Source: Planctomycetota bacterium (GTDB lineage: Bacteria > Planctomycetota > B15-G4). From it: 64,000 nucleotides of DNA. The notes beneath the pieces are model-generated. The model was not told where the DNA came from and ran no database searches. It was given only the letters and a program-made list of their open reading frames with translations. Each line of letters starts with the position of its first letter. Position 1 is the first letter of the stretch. Shown one piece after another: positions 20,067 through 28,655 of the stretch. Location of the stretch: positions 282,792 to 346,791 of the forward strand of contig JACKHP010000001.1 in NCBI GenBank assembly GCA_020638905.1, in the 5' to 3' direction. Both the position numbers and the translations under genes were made by a program.

Positions 20067-21650
20067 ATGAGCGAGCGCGCAGGCGTGTCCGAGCCGTCCG
20101 ACGCGCGCGGCGTGGTGCGCGGGGGCGTGGCGCTCATGGGTGCCAAGGCGCTCGGCGTGCTGTGCGGCTTCCTGCTCTACGTGCTGCTGCTGCCGATCCT
20201 CGAGCGCACCCTCGGCGCGGGCGCGGCGACCGAGGCGCTGGGTGTGTTCGGCACGGCGCTCTCGGTGCTCAATCCGCTGAACATGATGTGCGCCCAGGGG
20301 ACGCTGGCCGCCGTGAGCCGGCTCGTGGCGTCCGGCGGGGGAAGCGCGGGCGGCCCGGGCGTACGCGTGCGCGACGAGAGCGCGCAGGGCGCGAGTGCCG
20401 ACGCGATCGCGTGGCGTTGCGCGCGGGTGCAGCTCCCGGGCGTGCTCGTGCTGCTGCTCGCGTACGAGGCGCTCGTGCCGCTCGTCGCGACGCGCGTGTT
20501 GCGCGACGCTTCGTACGTCCCGCTGCTGCGCTGGGGCGGCGTGATCCCGTTCGCGTACGCGGCGCGCTGCGTCGTCCAGGGCTTCTGCAACGGGACGCGC
20601 CGCTTCGCCGCCCAGTCGCTGCTCGACTCGGGCAGCTCGGTGGCGCGCCTCGTCGGCGTGCTCGGCGGCGCCGCGCTGGGCTTCGGCGCGTTCGGCGCGC
20701 TGGCCGGCTTCGCCGTCTCGGCGATGCTCGTGGCGCTCGTCGCGTGGACGGTCCTGCGTCCGGCGCGGGTCGCGCCCGCGGCGCTGCCGGCGCGTGCGAT
20801 CGTCGGCTTCGGCGCCAAGACGATGGCGCTCACCGGCGCGACCTACGCGCTCATGTCGATCGACCTGTGGGCGGTCAAGGCGCTCGCCCATCCCGACCCG
20901 GCCGTGACCGACCGCCTCGCGGGATACCTCACCGCGTCGCAGAAGATCGCGCAGATCCCGTGGGGCATCCTGACCGCGCTCACGTGGGTGCTGTTCCCGC
21001 TCTTCGCCGACGCCCGCGCGCCGGACGCCCGCGCGCGGCTCGTGCGCCAGGGCGTGCGCGCGCTGCTGCTGCTCGTCGTCCCGGTGGCGACCATCCTCGC
21101 GGCGACGGCGCGTCCCACGTACGCGCTCCTGTTCCCCGGCAACCTGCGCGCGATGGACGCCGCGGGCGACACGCTGCGCGTGGTGAGCGACCCGCTCGTC
21201 GTGCACGCGCTCGGCTACGGCGCGCTCGCGCTGCTCGCCGTGTGCACCGCGCTGCTCACCGCCGGCGGACGTCCCGGCGTCGCGCTGCTCGTGGTGCTCG
21301 CCACCGGCCTCGCGTCGACGCTCGGCGTCCGGGCGCTCACGCCGTCGGGCTCGACGTACGGCGCCGCGCTCGGCGCGTCCCTCGGCTGGGGCGCGGGACT
21401 GATCCTGGCCGCGTCGGTGCTGCGCCGCCTGTTCGGCGCCTTCGCCGACGTCGCCACGCTGCTGCGCGTGGGCCTGGCCGGCGCCGCCGTGCTCGCCGTC
21501 GGCGCGCTGCTCCCGTGGGACGGGCTCGCGGTGCTCGCCTCGGACGCGCTGCTCGCCAGCGTCTACGCCTTCGTGCTGATCGCGACGCGCGAGACGTCGA
21601 TCGGCGAGCTGCGCGCCGTCGTGCGCGCCGCGACGGGCAAGGCGCGCTGA
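20067..21650 (+). CDS. Polysaccharide/oligosaccharide flippase (Wzx/MOP superfamily)
   Basis: Internal start MSERAGVSEP in ORF 19956..21650. The protein is about 12 TM helices throughout. Confidence 0.7.
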   Translation: MSERAGVSEPSDARGVVRGGVALMGAKALGVLCGFLLYVLLLPILERTLGAGAATEALGVFGTALSVLNPLNMMCAQGTLAAVSRLVASGGGSAGGPGVRVRDESAQGASADAIAWRCARVQLPGVLVLLLAYEALVPLVATRVLRDASYVPLLRWGGVIPFAYAARCVVQGFCNGTRRFAAQSLLDSGSSVARLVGVLGGAALGFGAFGALAGFAVSAMLVALVAWTVLRPARVAPAALPARAIVGFGAKTMALTGATYALMSIDLWAVKALAHPDPAVTDRLAGYLTASQKIAQIPWGILTALTWVLFPLFADARAPDARARLVRQGVRALLLLVVPVATILAATARPTYALLFPGNLRAMDAAGDTLRVVSDPLVVHALGYGALALLAVCTALLTAGGRPGVALLVVLATGLASTLGVRALTPSGSTYGAALGASLGWGAGLILAASVLRRLFGAFADVATLLRVGLAGAAVLAVGALLPWDGLAVLASDALLASVYAFVLIATRETSIGELRAVVRAATGKAR

Positions 21651-21748
21651 GCGTTCGACGGCTGCGCCGGACGCGGCGCCGTCCCGTCGGTGCGCCGCCG
21701 CCGCCGGTCGCGGGTCGCGCCGAGACGCGTGAAAACCCATGCCGCGCG

Positions 21749-23473
21749 GTGCATGATGCGTGGTCGGACCTCGAGCGTCCGGCGCCCGTCCCCAGGAATC
21801 GCCTCTTGGACACCTCGCAGCAGCTCCGGGCCGCGTGGGCCGGCACGTCGCCGGTGGCGGTCATGGGCGTGCACGACGGGCTGGGCGCGCGCCTCGCCGA
21901 AGAGGCCGGCTTCGCGGCGCTGTGGGCCAGCGGACTCGAGATCTCGGCCTCGGCCGCGGTGCCCGACGCGGGCATCCTGACCATGACGCAGATGCTCGAC
22001 GCGGCCACGCAGATCGCGCGCGCCAGCCGGCTGCCGGTGATCGCCGATTGCGACACGGGCTTCGGCAACAGCAGCAACGTGATCCACATGGTCAAGAGCT
22101 ACGAGGCCGCGGGCATCGCCGCCGTGTGCATCGAGGACAAGCGCTTCCCGAAGCTGAACAGCTTCGTCGAGGGACGCCAGGAGCTGGCGGGCAAGGCCGA
22201 GTTCGTCGGCAAGCTCATGGCCGCCAAGTCGGCGCAGCGCGGCGAGCACTTCGTCGTCATCGCGCGCACCGAGGCGCTCATCGCCGGACACGGACTCGAC
22301 GAGGCGCTGGAGCGCGCCGAGGCCTATCGCCGCGCGGGCGCCGACGCGATCCTGGTGCACAGCAAGGCGCGCGAGCCCGACGAGGTGCTGGCCTTCCTCG
22401 AGCGCTGGCAGCGGCGCGCGCCGGTGGTGATCGTGCCCACGACCTATCCGCGGCTCACGGCGACGCAGTGGAAGGACTCTGGCGCCGACGTGGTGATCTA
22501 CGCGAACCAGGGCCTGCGCGCGTCGATCCGCGCGCTCGAGACGACGTTCGCGCGCATCCGTGCCGACGACGGGACGGCGGGCGTCGAAGGCGAGATCGCG
22601 CCGCTCGCGCGCGTGTTCGAGCTGCAGGGCATGCCGGCGTTGCGCGCGGACGAGGCGCGCTTCCTGCGCGGGGCCAAGCGCGCGCGGGTGGTCGTCCCGG
22701 CGGGCGGCGACATCGACCTGCCCGACGACCTCGCGGCGCTGCTGCGCGACGGCGGACCGCGCGCGCTGCTCGACCTGTACGGCAAGCGCCTCGTCGAGCG
22801 GCAGCGCGAGGCCTTCCGGCGCGCGGGCGTGCCCGAACTGCTGCTCGTGGGACCGTTCCGCGGCGACGAGCACGCCTTCGAGGGCGTCACGCTCGTGCCC
22901 GGCGAAGGTCCGTCGATGCTCGACTCGATCCGCGCCGGACTGCGCCGCGACGCGCACGATCGGGAGCTCACGTCGCTGCTCTGCTACAGCGACATCCTGC
23001 TCACGCCGCCGGTGGCGGCCGCGCTGCTGGCCTGCGAGGACGAGATCGCCGTGCTCGTCGACGGATCGTTCCGCGACTCGCGCCGGGCGCGCCGCAAGCG
23101 CCTCGACCTCGTGCGCCTCGACGAGCCGCTGCGGCGCGGCGAGCGCGTGCTCGATCCCGGACGTCCGCGGCGCGTGCTCAACATCGGCAAGCACCTCGCG
23201 CCCGACGAGGCCCACGCCGAGTTCATCGGCCTGGCCGCCTTCGGTCCCGGGGGACGGGCGCTGCTGCTCGAGGCGTGCGAGCGCTGGGCCGCCGAGCCCG
23301 CGCGGCGCTTCGGCCACGCACCGTCGTTCGCCGCGGCGACGCTCACCGACGCCCTGCAAGAACTCGTCGACGACGGCCACGTGGTGACCGCCGTCGAACA
23401 GGACCGCGGGTGGATGGAGATCCACGACTTCGAGGACTACCGCTCGGCGATCGAGCAGCTCTCCCGCGAGTGA
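21749..23473 (+). CDS. Phosphoenolpyruvate mutase fused to a C-terminal nucleotidyltransferase-like domain
   Basis: Frame of ORF 20162..23473. It contains the Ppm hallmark CIEDKRFPKLNS (the EDKxxxxxNS motif). The C-terminal ~270 aa has an NTP-transferase-like fold pattern with a degenerate glycine-rich loop. Start (GTG 21749) is uncertain. Confidence 0.85.
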   Translation: MHDAWSDLERPAPVPRNRLLDTSQQLRAAWAGTSPVAVMGVHDGLGARLAEEAGFAALWASGLEISASAAVPDAGILTMTQMLDAATQIARASRLPVIADCDTGFGNSSNVIHMVKSYEAAGIAAVCIEDKRFPKLNSFVEGRQELAGKAEFVGKLMAAKSAQRGEHFVVIARTEALIAGHGLDEALERAEAYRRAGADAILVHSKAREPDEVLAFLERWQRRAPVVIVPTTYPRLTATQWKDSGADVVIYANQGLRASIRALETTFARIRADDGTAGVEGEIAPLARVFELQGMPALRADEARFLRGAKRARVVVPAGGDIDLPDDLAALLRDGGPRALLDLYGKRLVERQREAFRRAGVPELLLVGPFRGDEHAFEGVTLVPGEGPSMLDSIRAGLRRDAHDRELTSLLCYSDILLTPPVAAALLACEDEIAVLVDGSFRDSRRARRKRLDLVRLDEPLRRGERVLDPGRPRRVLNIGKHLAPDEAHAEFIGLAAFGPGGRALLLEACERWAAEPARRFGHAPSFAAATLTDALQELVDDGHVVTAVEQDRGWMEIHDFEDYRSAIEQLSRE

Positions 23474-23511
23474 CCGCGGCGCGCCGCGCGCGCCAGAGAG
23501 GACGTGACGAG

Positions 23512-24822
23512 ATGTCCCTTCACATCGAACCCTTCGTCGACACACTGCGTGACCTGGGCGTCGCCGTGGCGAGCGGCGTGCCGTGCTCGATCCTCGACCC
23601 GTTCGTGAGCCACGCGGCGTCGGGCGGCGGCCTGCCGTACGTGCCCGCGACGAGCGAGGGCGAGGCCGTGGCGATCGCCGCCGGCTCGTGGCTGTCGGGA
23701 CGCTTCGGGCTCGTGCTCATGCAGAACTCGGGCCTCGGCAACGCGGTCAACCCGCTCACGAGCCTGTGCGCGACGTTCGACATCCCCGTGCTGCTCGTGG
23801 TGAGCCAGCGCGGACACGACGGCCGCGACGCCCCGCAGCACGAGCTCATGGGACGCATCACGCTGCCGCTGCTCGAGCTGCTCGAGATCCCCGCGTTCGT
23901 GCTGCCCGACGAGGACGACTCGGCGATGAACCTGGCCGCGTCGGCGCTGGAGATCGCGCGCACGAGCCGGCGTCCGGCGGCGCTCGTGGTGCGCAAGGGC
24001 ACCTTCGAGCCGTTCGCGTGCGACGCGCCGCGGGTGGTCAAGGCCCCGCGCGTGGCGCAGGTCGAGTCGCTCGACGCCTTCCTCGTGGCCGAGAAGCGCG
24101 GACGCGCCGCGCGCGGCGCCGAAGAGGTGCGCGACAGCTCGCCCGCCGCGCTGCCCACGCGCCACGCCGCGCTCACCGCCCTCGACGCCGCGCTGCGCGA
24201 CGACGACCTCGTCGTCTCGACCACGGGACACACCTCGCGCGAGCTCATGGCGATCCACGATCGGCCCGCGAGCTTCCCGATGGTGGGCTCGATGGGCTGC
24301 GCGCCGGGCCTCGCCCTGGGCGTCGCCCTGGGACGTCCCGAGCGGCGCACGCTCGTCGTCGACGGCGACGGCGCGCTGCTCATGAAGCTCGGCACGCTGG
24401 CCACGATCGGTGCGCAGCGTCCCAGGAACCTGCTGCACGTGCTGCTCGACAACGGCCGCTACGAGTCGACCGGCGGACAGCCCAGCGTCGCCCCCGGCGT
24501 CTCGTTCGAGACGCTGGCCGCCGGCGCCGGCTACGCGCGCGTCGTCACGTTGCGCGACGCCGACGAGCTGCGCGAGCTCGTGCGCGCCTTCCGTCCCGGC
24601 GACGGCCCGCTGTTCGCCGCGCTCGCGGTGGCCGACGGCCACGCCGCCGAACTGCCGCGCCCCGAGCGCACGATGCACGCCCTGCGCGACGACTTCCGCG
24701 CGTCCGCGATGATGGACACGGGAGCCGCTTCGGGATCGGCTTCGGCCGCGGGATCGGCCGCGGCCGCGGGAGCGAGCGCCGCTTCGGCTTCGGCGTCCCC
24801 GGGCGGGGCGTCCCACGCATGA
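23512..24822 (+). CDS. Phosphonopyruvate decarboxylase (ThDP-dependent)
   Basis: Starts MSLHIEPFVDTLRDLGV. ThDP motif DGDGALLMKLGTLATIG...LDNGRYESTGGQ. Ends in an Ala/Ser/Gly-rich C-terminal tail. Confidence 0.85.
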   Translation: MSLHIEPFVDTLRDLGVAVASGVPCSILDPFVSHAASGGGLPYVPATSEGEAVAIAAGSWLSGRFGLVLMQNSGLGNAVNPLTSLCATFDIPVLLVVSQRGHDGRDAPQHELMGRITLPLLELLEIPAFVLPDEDDSAMNLAASALEIARTSRRPAALVVRKGTFEPFACDAPRVVKAPRVAQVESLDAFLVAEKRGRAARGAEEVRDSSPAALPTRHAALTALDAALRDDDLVVSTTGHTSRELMAIHDRPASFPMVGSMGCAPGLALGVALGRPERRTLVVDGDGALLMKLGTLATIGAQRPRNLLHVLLDNGRYESTGGQPSVAPGVSFETLAAGAGYARVVTLRDADELRELVRAFRPGDGPLFAALAVADGHAAELPRPERTMHALRDDFRASAMMDTGAASGSASAAGSAAAAGASAASASASPGGASHA

Positions 24823-25913
24823 CGGCCTTCCGCTGCCCGGTCGAGGTGCACTTCGGACGCGGCTGCGTGGCGCGCCGGCTGCCGGCGCTGCTCGTGCGTC
24901 CCGCGCTGATCGTCACGGGACGCGCGACGCTCGCGCGCGCCGGACTCGACGGGCTGCTCGGCGACGGCGTGTTCGCGTCCGTCCCCGTCGCGCCGAACCC
25001 GTCGCCGGCGGCGGTCGAGGCGCTCGCGGCCCAGGCGCGCGAGCTCGGCGCGCGCACGCTCGTGGGACTCGGCGGGGGCTCGGTGCTCGACGCGGCCAAG
25101 GCCGCCGCGGTGCTGTGCGGACACGACGCGACGCTCGCGCACCTGGCCGCGCGCGAGGCCGGCGGCGAGCGCGTCCGGCGGCGGGTGACGCTCGTGGCGG
25201 TGCCGACCACGGCGGGCACGGGCAGCGAGGTCACGCGCTGGGCCTCGCTCTGGACCGACGGGACCAAGGCCAGCTTCGACCATCCCGACGGCTTCGCCGA
25301 CGTGGCGCTCGTCGACCCGGCGCTGACCGACACGGCGCCGGCGGCGCTCACCGCGACGACCGGCCTCGACGCCCTGGCGCACGCGATGGAGGCGCTCTGG
25401 GGACTGGGCGCGTCGCCGCTCAGCGACGTCCACGCCGAGGCCGCGCTGGCGCTCGTCGGCGAGCACCTGTTGCCCGCGGTGCGCGGCGCGCACGCGAGCG
25501 CGCGCGACGGCATGGCGCTGGCCGCGCTGCACGCGGGGCTCGCGCTGTCGTGCACGCAGAGCGCCGCCGCGCACGCGCTGAGCTACGCGCTCACCGGACG
25601 CCACGGCGTCGCGCACGGCCACGCGGTGGGACTGCTGTGCCGCGCGCTCCTGCCGGTGAACGCGCGCGCCGTCCCCGAGCGCGTCGAGCGCATCGTCGCC
25701 GCGCTGGGACGTCCCTCGATCGCCGCCGCGCAGGACTTCGTCGACGAGGTGCTCGACGCCGCCGGCCTGCCGTCGACGCTGGGCGCCCTGGGCGTGCCGC
25801 GCGACGCGCACGCAGCCCTCGCCGCGGCTGCGTCCGGAGCCGAACGGCTCGCGAACAATCCCGGGCGGCTCTCGCCGTCCGAACTCCTGTCCCTGCTGGA
25901 GAGCATCGCTTGA
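24819..25913 (+). CDS. Iron-containing alcohol dehydrogenase (phosphonoacetaldehyde reductase-like)
   Basis: ATGA overlap with the upstream gene. Fe-ADH motifs GLGGGSVLDAAK, VAVPTTAGTGSE and ALAHAMEA. The genomic context suggests 2-hydroxyethylphosphonate formation. Confidence 0.75.
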   Translation: MTAFRCPVEVHFGRGCVARRLPALLVRPALIVTGRATLARAGLDGLLGDGVFASVPVAPNPSPAAVEALAAQARELGARTLVGLGGGSVLDAAKAAAVLCGHDATLAHLAAREAGGERVRRRVTLVAVPTTAGTGSEVTRWASLWTDGTKASFDHPDGFADVALVDPALTDTAPAALTATTGLDALAHAMEALWGLGASPLSDVHAEAALALVGEHLLPAVRGAHASARDGMALAALHAGLALSCTQSAAAHALSYALTGRHGVAHGHAVGLLCRALLPVNARAVPERVERIVAALGRPSIAAAQDFVDEVLDAAGLPSTLGALGVPRDAHAALAAAASGAERLANNPGRLSPSELLSLLESIA

Positions 25914-26704
25914 GCGCCCGTCGTCAGGACGCCCACCTGCCCGTCCGTCACGCCCTGATCCTCGCCGCCGGGCGCGGCGCGCGTCTCGGCGAACACACCA
26001 AACTCGTGCCGAAGCCGCTCCTGCCGCTCGGCGCGGGGACGCTGCTCGGTCGCCAGCTCGACCAGCTCGAGGCGCACGGCGTCCAGCGCGTGACGCTCAT
26101 CGTCGGCTACCGCGGCGACCGCATCCGCTCGGCCGTCGGCAAGCGCCGCGGCGCGCTGGAGGTCGACTTCGTGCGCAACCCCGAGTGGGCGTCCAGCGGA
26201 TCGGCCTGGTCGCTCGTGCGCGCCGCGGCCGCGCTGCGCGGCGGCGAGCCGGTGCTGCTGCTGCACGGCGACCTCGCGTTCGACGACGCGCTGCTGGCGC
26301 GCGTGCTCGCCGAGGGGCAGACCGCCACCGCCGTCGACCGCGCCTGGCTGCCGATGACCGGCGACGAGGTCGTCGCCTGGACGAAGGACGGCGCCCTGGC
26401 CGGCCTGCGCAAGGGCGCGCTCGACGCCGAGGCCGAGAACGTGGGCGAGTTCGTGGGCATCAGCCGCCTCGAGCCGGCCTTCGCCTGGGCCTTCGTCGAC
26501 TACTGCGTCGCGCGCACCGCGACCGACCGCACCCTCGACTACGAGCAGCCGCTGCTCTCCGAGTTCGTGGCCCTCGGCAAGGAGTCGTGCCGGCCGGTGT
26601 TCGTGCACGGCGACTTCTGGCGCAACGTGAACTACGCCGAAGACCTGCGCGACGCCGAAGACCGCTTCGGCCGGCGATCCGCCGACGGCGGCACGGGCGC
26701 ATGA
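25910..26704 (+). CDS. Nucleotidyltransferase (LicC/PntC-like cytidylyltransferase)
   Basis: The TTG start overlaps the upstream stop (TTGA). Canonical loop ALILAAGRGARLG...KPLL. Confidence 0.7.
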   Translation: MSARRQDAHLPVRHALILAAGRGARLGEHTKLVPKPLLPLGAGTLLGRQLDQLEAHGVQRVTLIVGYRGDRIRSAVGKRRGALEVDFVRNPEWASSGSAWSLVRAAAALRGGEPVLLLHGDLAFDDALLARVLAEGQTATAVDRAWLPMTGDEVVAWTKDGALAGLRKGALDAEAENVGEFVGISRLEPAFAWAFVDYCVARTATDRTLDYEQPLLSEFVALGKESCRPVFVHGDFWRNVNYAEDLRDAEDRFGRRSADGGTGA

Positions 26705-27450
26705 CCGCGCGCGGGCTGTTCGCGCGAGCCGCCGAGATCCGGCGCGCGTCGGACAAGCCCGACGACTTCCTCTGGGCGAGGTACGCGACCCGTCCCTACG
26801 CCGCCCTGCTGCTCGCGGCCGTCGACTCCCCGCGCCTCACGCCGAACGCCCTGAGCATGGTGAGTCTGGTCGTCGGCCTGGTCGCCTGCGCCGCGTTCGC
26901 GTTCGCGCCCGGATACGCCGGACTCTGGTGCGCGTGGGCGCTGAGCCAGGCGTCCTACACCGTCGACTGCATGGACGGCATGCTCGCCCGCTGGCAAGGC
27001 CTCGCGTCGCCGTGCGGCACCGCCCTCGACTTCCTGTGCGACGCGATCAAGCAGGTGGCGCTCTTCCCCGCCGTCGCGTATCGCGTGTGGGCCGAGGCCG
27101 GGCATCCCGTGGGACCGTGGGACGGATGGGCGCTGTGGGTCGCGATCGTCGCCGGTCCGGTGGTGGCCGCGGGGCTGATGACGACGACGTTCCTGCGGAG
27201 TCCCGAGGTCACCGGTGAGAGCGAGCGGGCGCACCGCGATGCGCACGGAAAGGACGTGAAGGGCCGCGTGATGGCGGGGGTCGCGTTCCTGATGAACTAC
27301 CCGAGCTGGGTGATCGCCCCCGTCGCGCTGGACCGGATGGACGTGTTCGTGGGGGTGAGCGTCGGGTTGTATGGGGTGTATGCCGTGTGGGCGTTGGCGC
27401 GGGTTTGGGGGAAGGTGTGTGGGGTGGGGGGTGAGGTGGGTGGGGAGTGA
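26701..27450 (+). CDS. CDP-alcohol phosphatidyltransferase family membrane protein
   Basis: ATGA overlap with the upstream gene. Motif DCMDGMLARWQGLASPCGTALDFLCD (D-G-x2-A-R-x8-G-x3-D-x3-D) plus TM helices. Confidence 0.8.
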   Translation: MTARGLFARAAEIRRASDKPDDFLWARYATRPYAALLLAAVDSPRLTPNALSMVSLVVGLVACAAFAFAPGYAGLWCAWALSQASYTVDCMDGMLARWQGLASPCGTALDFLCDAIKQVALFPAVAYRVWAEAGHPVGPWDGWALWVAIVAGPVVAAGLMTTTFLRSPEVTGESERAHRDAHGKDVKGRVMAGVAFLMNYPSWVIAPVALDRMDVFVGVSVGLYGVYAVWALARVWGKVCGVGGEVGGE

Positions 27451-27800
27451 ATGAGGGTTCTGGATTGGGGATCTGGCGGGGCTGTGATCTGCCGCGTAAC
27501 GTGCCGGTCGATGGCGTGATAGGCGGGTCTGTCTATCGTGCCGAGCGGAGTGCTTGCAGGTCGGTCGAACGGGCGTAGACTCTGGCCGCGACTGGGCTTG
27601 CGGAGAAGTGGCGATGAACCGAGTTGGCGTGTTATCGGGGTGGGCAGGCGCTTCGTTTGTTCGCGCGGTGGTCACAAACGCAGTTCTGTCGAATAGGTGT
27701 TGAACGAAGCCGCTGCGCGGCAGGGGTGACGCGCTGAGTCGAGCGACACAAGAGCGGAGATTGCAGTATCCCGAGGGATCCCACTCTAGGAGGATCCCAG

Positions 27801-28640
27801 ATGACGATGCTGCGCGAGCGCATGCAGCAGGACATGCGCATCCGGAACCTGTCGCCGAGGACGCAGGCGTGTTACCTCGGTCACGTCGAGCAGTTCGGCA
27901 AGCACTTCGGCCGATCGCCGGAGACGCTCGATCTCGAGCACATTCGCGCCTACCAGGTGCATCTCGTCGAGGTGAAGAAGGCGTCGTGGTCGGCGTTCAA
28001 CCAGGCGGTGTGCGCGTTGCGCTTCTTGTACGGTGTGACGCTCGGAAAGGACTGGGCGATCGAGCACATCCCGCACGCGAAGCGGGAGAAGAAGCTCCCG
28101 TCGGTACTGTCGAGGGACGAAGTGCGGCGCGTGCTCGACGCGGTGAGGAACGCCAGACAGCGCGTGTTGTTGACGACGATCTACGCCGCGGGGCTGCGGC
28201 TGTCGGAGGCGCTCTCGCTGAAGGTGGGCGACGTGGACAGCGAGCGTATGGTGCTGCACGTGCACCGCGGGAAGGGTGGCAAGGATCGGATGGTGCCGTT
28301 GTCGCCGGTGCTGCTCGAGCACCTGCGGGAGTACTGGAGGTGCCACCGTCCGAGGACGTACCTCTTCCCGGGGGCGAAGCCCGACAAGCCGCTCAACCCG
28401 ACGTCGGTCCAGAAGGCGATGCAGACCGCGCGGCTGCGGGCGGGCATCCGCAAGCCGGCGTCGGTCCACACGCTGCGGCACTGCTACGCGACGCACCTGC
28501 TCGAGTCGGGGACGGACCTGCGTCGCATCCAGACCTGGCTCGGGCACACGAGCCTGAACACGACGGCCGTCTACCTCCACGTATGCAGCGCGACGACCGG
28601 CGGTCGCAGTCCACTCGATTCCCTGACGACGACCGGCTGA
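27801..28640 (+). CDS. Tyrosine-type site-specific recombinase (IS91-associated; IntI-like but lacking the IntI-specific insertion)
   Basis: 279 aa. R..HxxR..Y catalytic pattern (AGLRLSE, HTLRHCYATHLL, LGHTSLNTTAVYLHV). Confidence 0.85.
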   Translation: MTMLRERMQQDMRIRNLSPRTQACYLGHVEQFGKHFGRSPETLDLEHIRAYQVHLVEVKKASWSAFNQAVCALRFLYGVTLGKDWAIEHIPHAKREKKLPSVLSRDEVRRVLDAVRNARQRVLLTTIYAAGLRLSEALSLKVGDVDSERMVLHVHRGKGGKDRMVPLSPVLLEHLREYWRCHRPRTYLFPGAKPDKPLNPTSVQKAMQTARLRAGIRKPASVHTLRHCYATHLLESGTDLRRIQTWLGHTSLNTTAVYLHVCSATTGGRSPLDSLTTTG

Positions 28641-28655
28641 CGCGGTCGTCCTGCG

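Noticed and set aside
15407-21740. Long ORFs 15407..19588 (+) and 19854..21740 (-)
   Set aside because: They are antisense to the well-supported 1325-aa membrane protein and to the flippase. Their composition is dominated by Arg/Glu/Ala/Gly runs with no recognisable motifs.
27563-27630. Possible fourth attC-like site (GTCGAAC ... GTTGGCG) upstream of the recombinase
   Set aside because: The end boxes are poor matches to RYYYAAC/GTTRRRY, and the interior shows no complementary arms.
27801-28640. Calling the tyrosine recombinase a bona fide integron integrase (IntI)
   Set aside because: It lacks the extra IntI-specific segment between the LREYW region and the HTLRH box. It is co-oriented with the cassettes and paired with an IS91 transposase, which fits the IS91-associated recombinase group instead.
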